Origin: Eledone cirrhosa
Lineage: Eukaryota
Reading direction: 5' to 3'
Assembly: GCA_964016885.1 (NCBI GenBank)
Contig: OZ024752.1
Location: 46,810,001-46,874,000, forward strand
DNA length: 64,000 bases
In this document: positions 60,921 through 64,000 of the stretch, piece by piece
Numbering within the stretch: the stretch's first letter is position 1
Layout of the letters: each line of letters begins with the position of its first letter
Notes under the pieces: generated by a model
What the model was told of the DNA's origin: nothing
The model's input: only the letters and a program-made list of their open reading frames with translations
The model's database searches: none
Translations under genes and position numbers: made by a program

Positions 60921-62051
60921 AGATATAATAATAGTCATGATATAATAATAATAATAATAATAATAATGAAATATTGTGTACAGTGCCCAGGTGCACCACA
61001 ACTCATCAAAAAGTACATGTACAGTACATAGGGCAATGCACAAACATCAGGAAAATGAACAGTGCATGAGTCATGATACACACATGTGTGCATGTGTATG
61101 GAAGGGGTACATCAGGTGTAGTTTTGGCGTATTTCGGGAAGCATGAGTTGTGGTGAATATACTGAAATATCAACACTAACATATACAGCTAGCCATGTCA
61201 TCAACTACATCACTCACTTGGCAATCCCTGACACTAGAGAAGCAGCAGACCAAGGAAGATGTGGCAACTTTCTCCACAGAATTATTCAAATACTTTTGAA
61301 ATTGAAGGGAAATAATGAAATCAAAGTTTAAAGGATTTTTACTGATTATTTAGCTCATATATACTAAGTTCTCATTTTATGTAAACTTTTCTCACCAGAG
61401 AATTCTTTCAAGATACAAGTTGAAATGATTATGGAGAATAAATATTTTACCTCTGTAAAATCAATAAGATAATAAATATTTTCCAAATATTAATTAGCAA
61501 AAAAAACAACAACAAACAAACAAAACAAAACAAAACAAAACAAAACAAAATAAAAATAAGATAAATAAATAAATTTAAAAAAATGATGCACAGTCTCTGA
61601 ATTGTATTGATTTTTAACTTTGATTTTGAAATGACAGAAGCTCTGGTGTTGAGAAAGAAGTAATAATAGACTAATATTTTGCTTTTGTTCTTGGACTCCT
61701 GTATTCATTGATGATCTGATAGGCTTCATAATGATATAGCAAAATAAAATTGCACCGATTGAAGTTAATTGTTAATCATTGATTAGCTTGGAGTGGAAAT
61801 CAAAAAAAAATCATGCTAGAATTGTGATTAGTAGTTAGGATATGATCAATTCTACTGGCCCTTTTCAATTAAGTTTGCCTTCAAACTGAGTTAGAAATAG
61901 TAGCATTAGTATCTTTTGAGTTCCCACCAAAATAATATTGAATTATAAACCATTGTTATTAATACTATTATTATTATTATTTGTTTCAAATGCATGTAGC
62001 AGAAAACAAGAAGAATATTGGATGTTATTAGTCAGATACTAGAAATAGTGA

Positions 62052-62153
<102 letters not shown>

Positions 62154-62173
62154 CAAGTAAGAATATATATAAT

Positions 62174-62514
62174 GGAGGCACATGGCTTAGTGATTAGAGC
62201 ATTGGGCTTGCAATCGGAAGGTTGTGAGGTCAATTCTCAGACCGGGTGATGTGTTGTTTCCTTGAGCAAGACACTTTATTTCACATTGCTCCAGTTTACT
62301 CAGCTGTAGAAGTGAGATGATAGGGACTGGGGTCCCTATCATTCCACTGCAAAGTGTTCGTGGAGGTGCCAAGGCAAAAAAGCACCCAGCACTCACTGTA
62401 AATGAGGTTGGTGTTAGGAAGGGCATCCAGCTGTAGAAATCAAGCCAGAATCAGTTCCCGTCCCACCCTTGCAAGCAGGGAAAAAGCGGACGTAAAATGA
62501 AATGATGAAATGAT
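62174..62514 (+). mobile_element. SINE family A
   Basis: Near-identical to 15701-16044. Confidence 0.85.
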
Positions 62515-62520
62515 ATACAT

Positions 62521-62554
<34 letters not shown>

Positions 62555-62655
62555 TTATTTATTATAAGTAAAGATTAAATTCTAAGCAAAGAATTGCTGC
62601 TTTCATCCTTAACCGGATCTTATATAATCCTTATTGTCTTCACATTTATTATTAC

Positions 62656-62703
<48 letters not shown>

Positions 62704-62939
62704 TAAGGAAACGACAAAACAGATACAAAATCTCTTATTAGTTTCATGCTTTATGGTAAAGGGGGAAAGAAAGTTTGACATGTCAGACTTTAGCCCTTCT
62801 TCAGGAGCACAAAAAATAGAGACAGGATCACATAGGATCGATACTGGGTATATTTTTCGAGTATTCTTGTTTATCTAATGTTTATGTCCCATAACTTAGT
62901 GGTTTGATACAAAACATAGGTAAAATAAATAAATTTGGT

Positions 62940-63156
62940 TATTTAAACCAGTCATATCTGGCCAGAATTTTCTCACCTCTTTCTGTTCAAACTTGCTATA
63001 ACCGGCCGCTCATACTGACATTACGGTATTATTCTCAAAATAAATAATATCAAAATCTCATAGATTCGATATTATGTGAGATAATTATGTGAGATAAAGC
63101 CTTTACTGTGAAAATACAATAGTATATATAGAGTACTGTAAATGCTAAAGGGTTAA
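62940..63156. mobile_element. piggyBac-like MITE (left end decayed)
   Basis: Right TIR TAAATGCTAAAGGGTTAA and family internal sequence. Confidence 0.72.
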
Positions 63157-63716
63157 AGAAAATATGTACTGGGGTCAGTATCCTTTCAATGTGGTACTCC
63201 AGCATGGCCACATACAAAGGACTGAAACACATAAAATAAAGAATAAAAGAATATAAACAATTCAATTTCCCTTCCGTTCTCTTTTCCCTATACATTCTCA
63301 CATCTGTACTATGAATGAGTTTATCTTTTTTTCTTTTTACATGCTTAAAAACTCTTTTCCTTTCCAAAAACAGTACAAAAATCTATTAAAAAAAATATGT
63401 TGATGTTTTTGGTGTGACTTTTAAGTTGAAACTTATCATTTCTAGGATCTGTTGGTTGTCGGCAAATCTGAAGTTGCTCTTGAATATAAATAATTTTTCC
63501 TTATGAATTAATGATAGTTTTCTTAGAAATCCTTAAAGTTTTCTAGCTGGGAAAGTGAAACTTGCTCTATATGAGGTCTAAAAATATAACACTTCAGTGA
63601 TTATCTTGTTTCTCTGGAGTGGATAGGAGAAGATCATTAAATATATATATTTTAAGAAATCATTTAATAATGTATACAACACTATGTATGTATATACACA
63701 CACACATATATGTTTT

Positions 63717-63752
<36 letters not shown>

Positions 63753-64000
63753 TAGATAGATATATCTGTAGCCCGTTCCACCCTTGCAAGCAGGGAAAAG
63801 CGGACGTAAAATGATGATGGTGATGATGATGATATATCTGTATATATATATAAAATACATACAGATATATAAATGCAAAAACATATATATATATATATAT
63901 ATATCTACTCATGCACACATACACACACACACACACTTTCCCCTCCCCTTCAAATTGCTGGCCTTGTGCCTAAATTAGAAACAGTTATTATATATCATTT

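Overview
AT-rich, repeat-dense animal genomic DNA. The SINE/MITE repertoire and (TA)n/(GAT)n load suggest an octopod cephalopod (inference). Three protein-coding genes are present. (1) The 3' part of RBM25 on +, as one uninterrupted reading frame of about 2 kb from the end of the RRM to the PWI domain. (2) A complete 22-exon PSMD2/Rpn1 (26S proteasome base subunit, 886 aa) on -, 14569-38475, whose last intron has the signatures of a U12 (minor-spliceosome) intron and whose protein departs from the usual consensus at the ubiquitin/UBL-docking T1/T2 regions. (3) The first coding exon of the ciliary kinesin-2 KIF17/OSM-3 on +, head-to-head with PSMD2, with ZNF143/Staf-like sites and an RFX X-box between them. 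The remainder holds a decayed tRNA-Asp copy with a GCC (Gly) anticodon, tRNA-derived SINE families, TTAA-targeting piggyBac-like MITEs (one nested in another), hAT and Tc1/pogo MITEs, RTE and CRE-like LINE relics (one hosting a homogeneous 79-bp minisatellite), a Tc1/mariner transposase relic and many mini/microsatellites. No CRISPR array or prokaryotic-type system is present. All homology calls are from memory and were not checked against a database.
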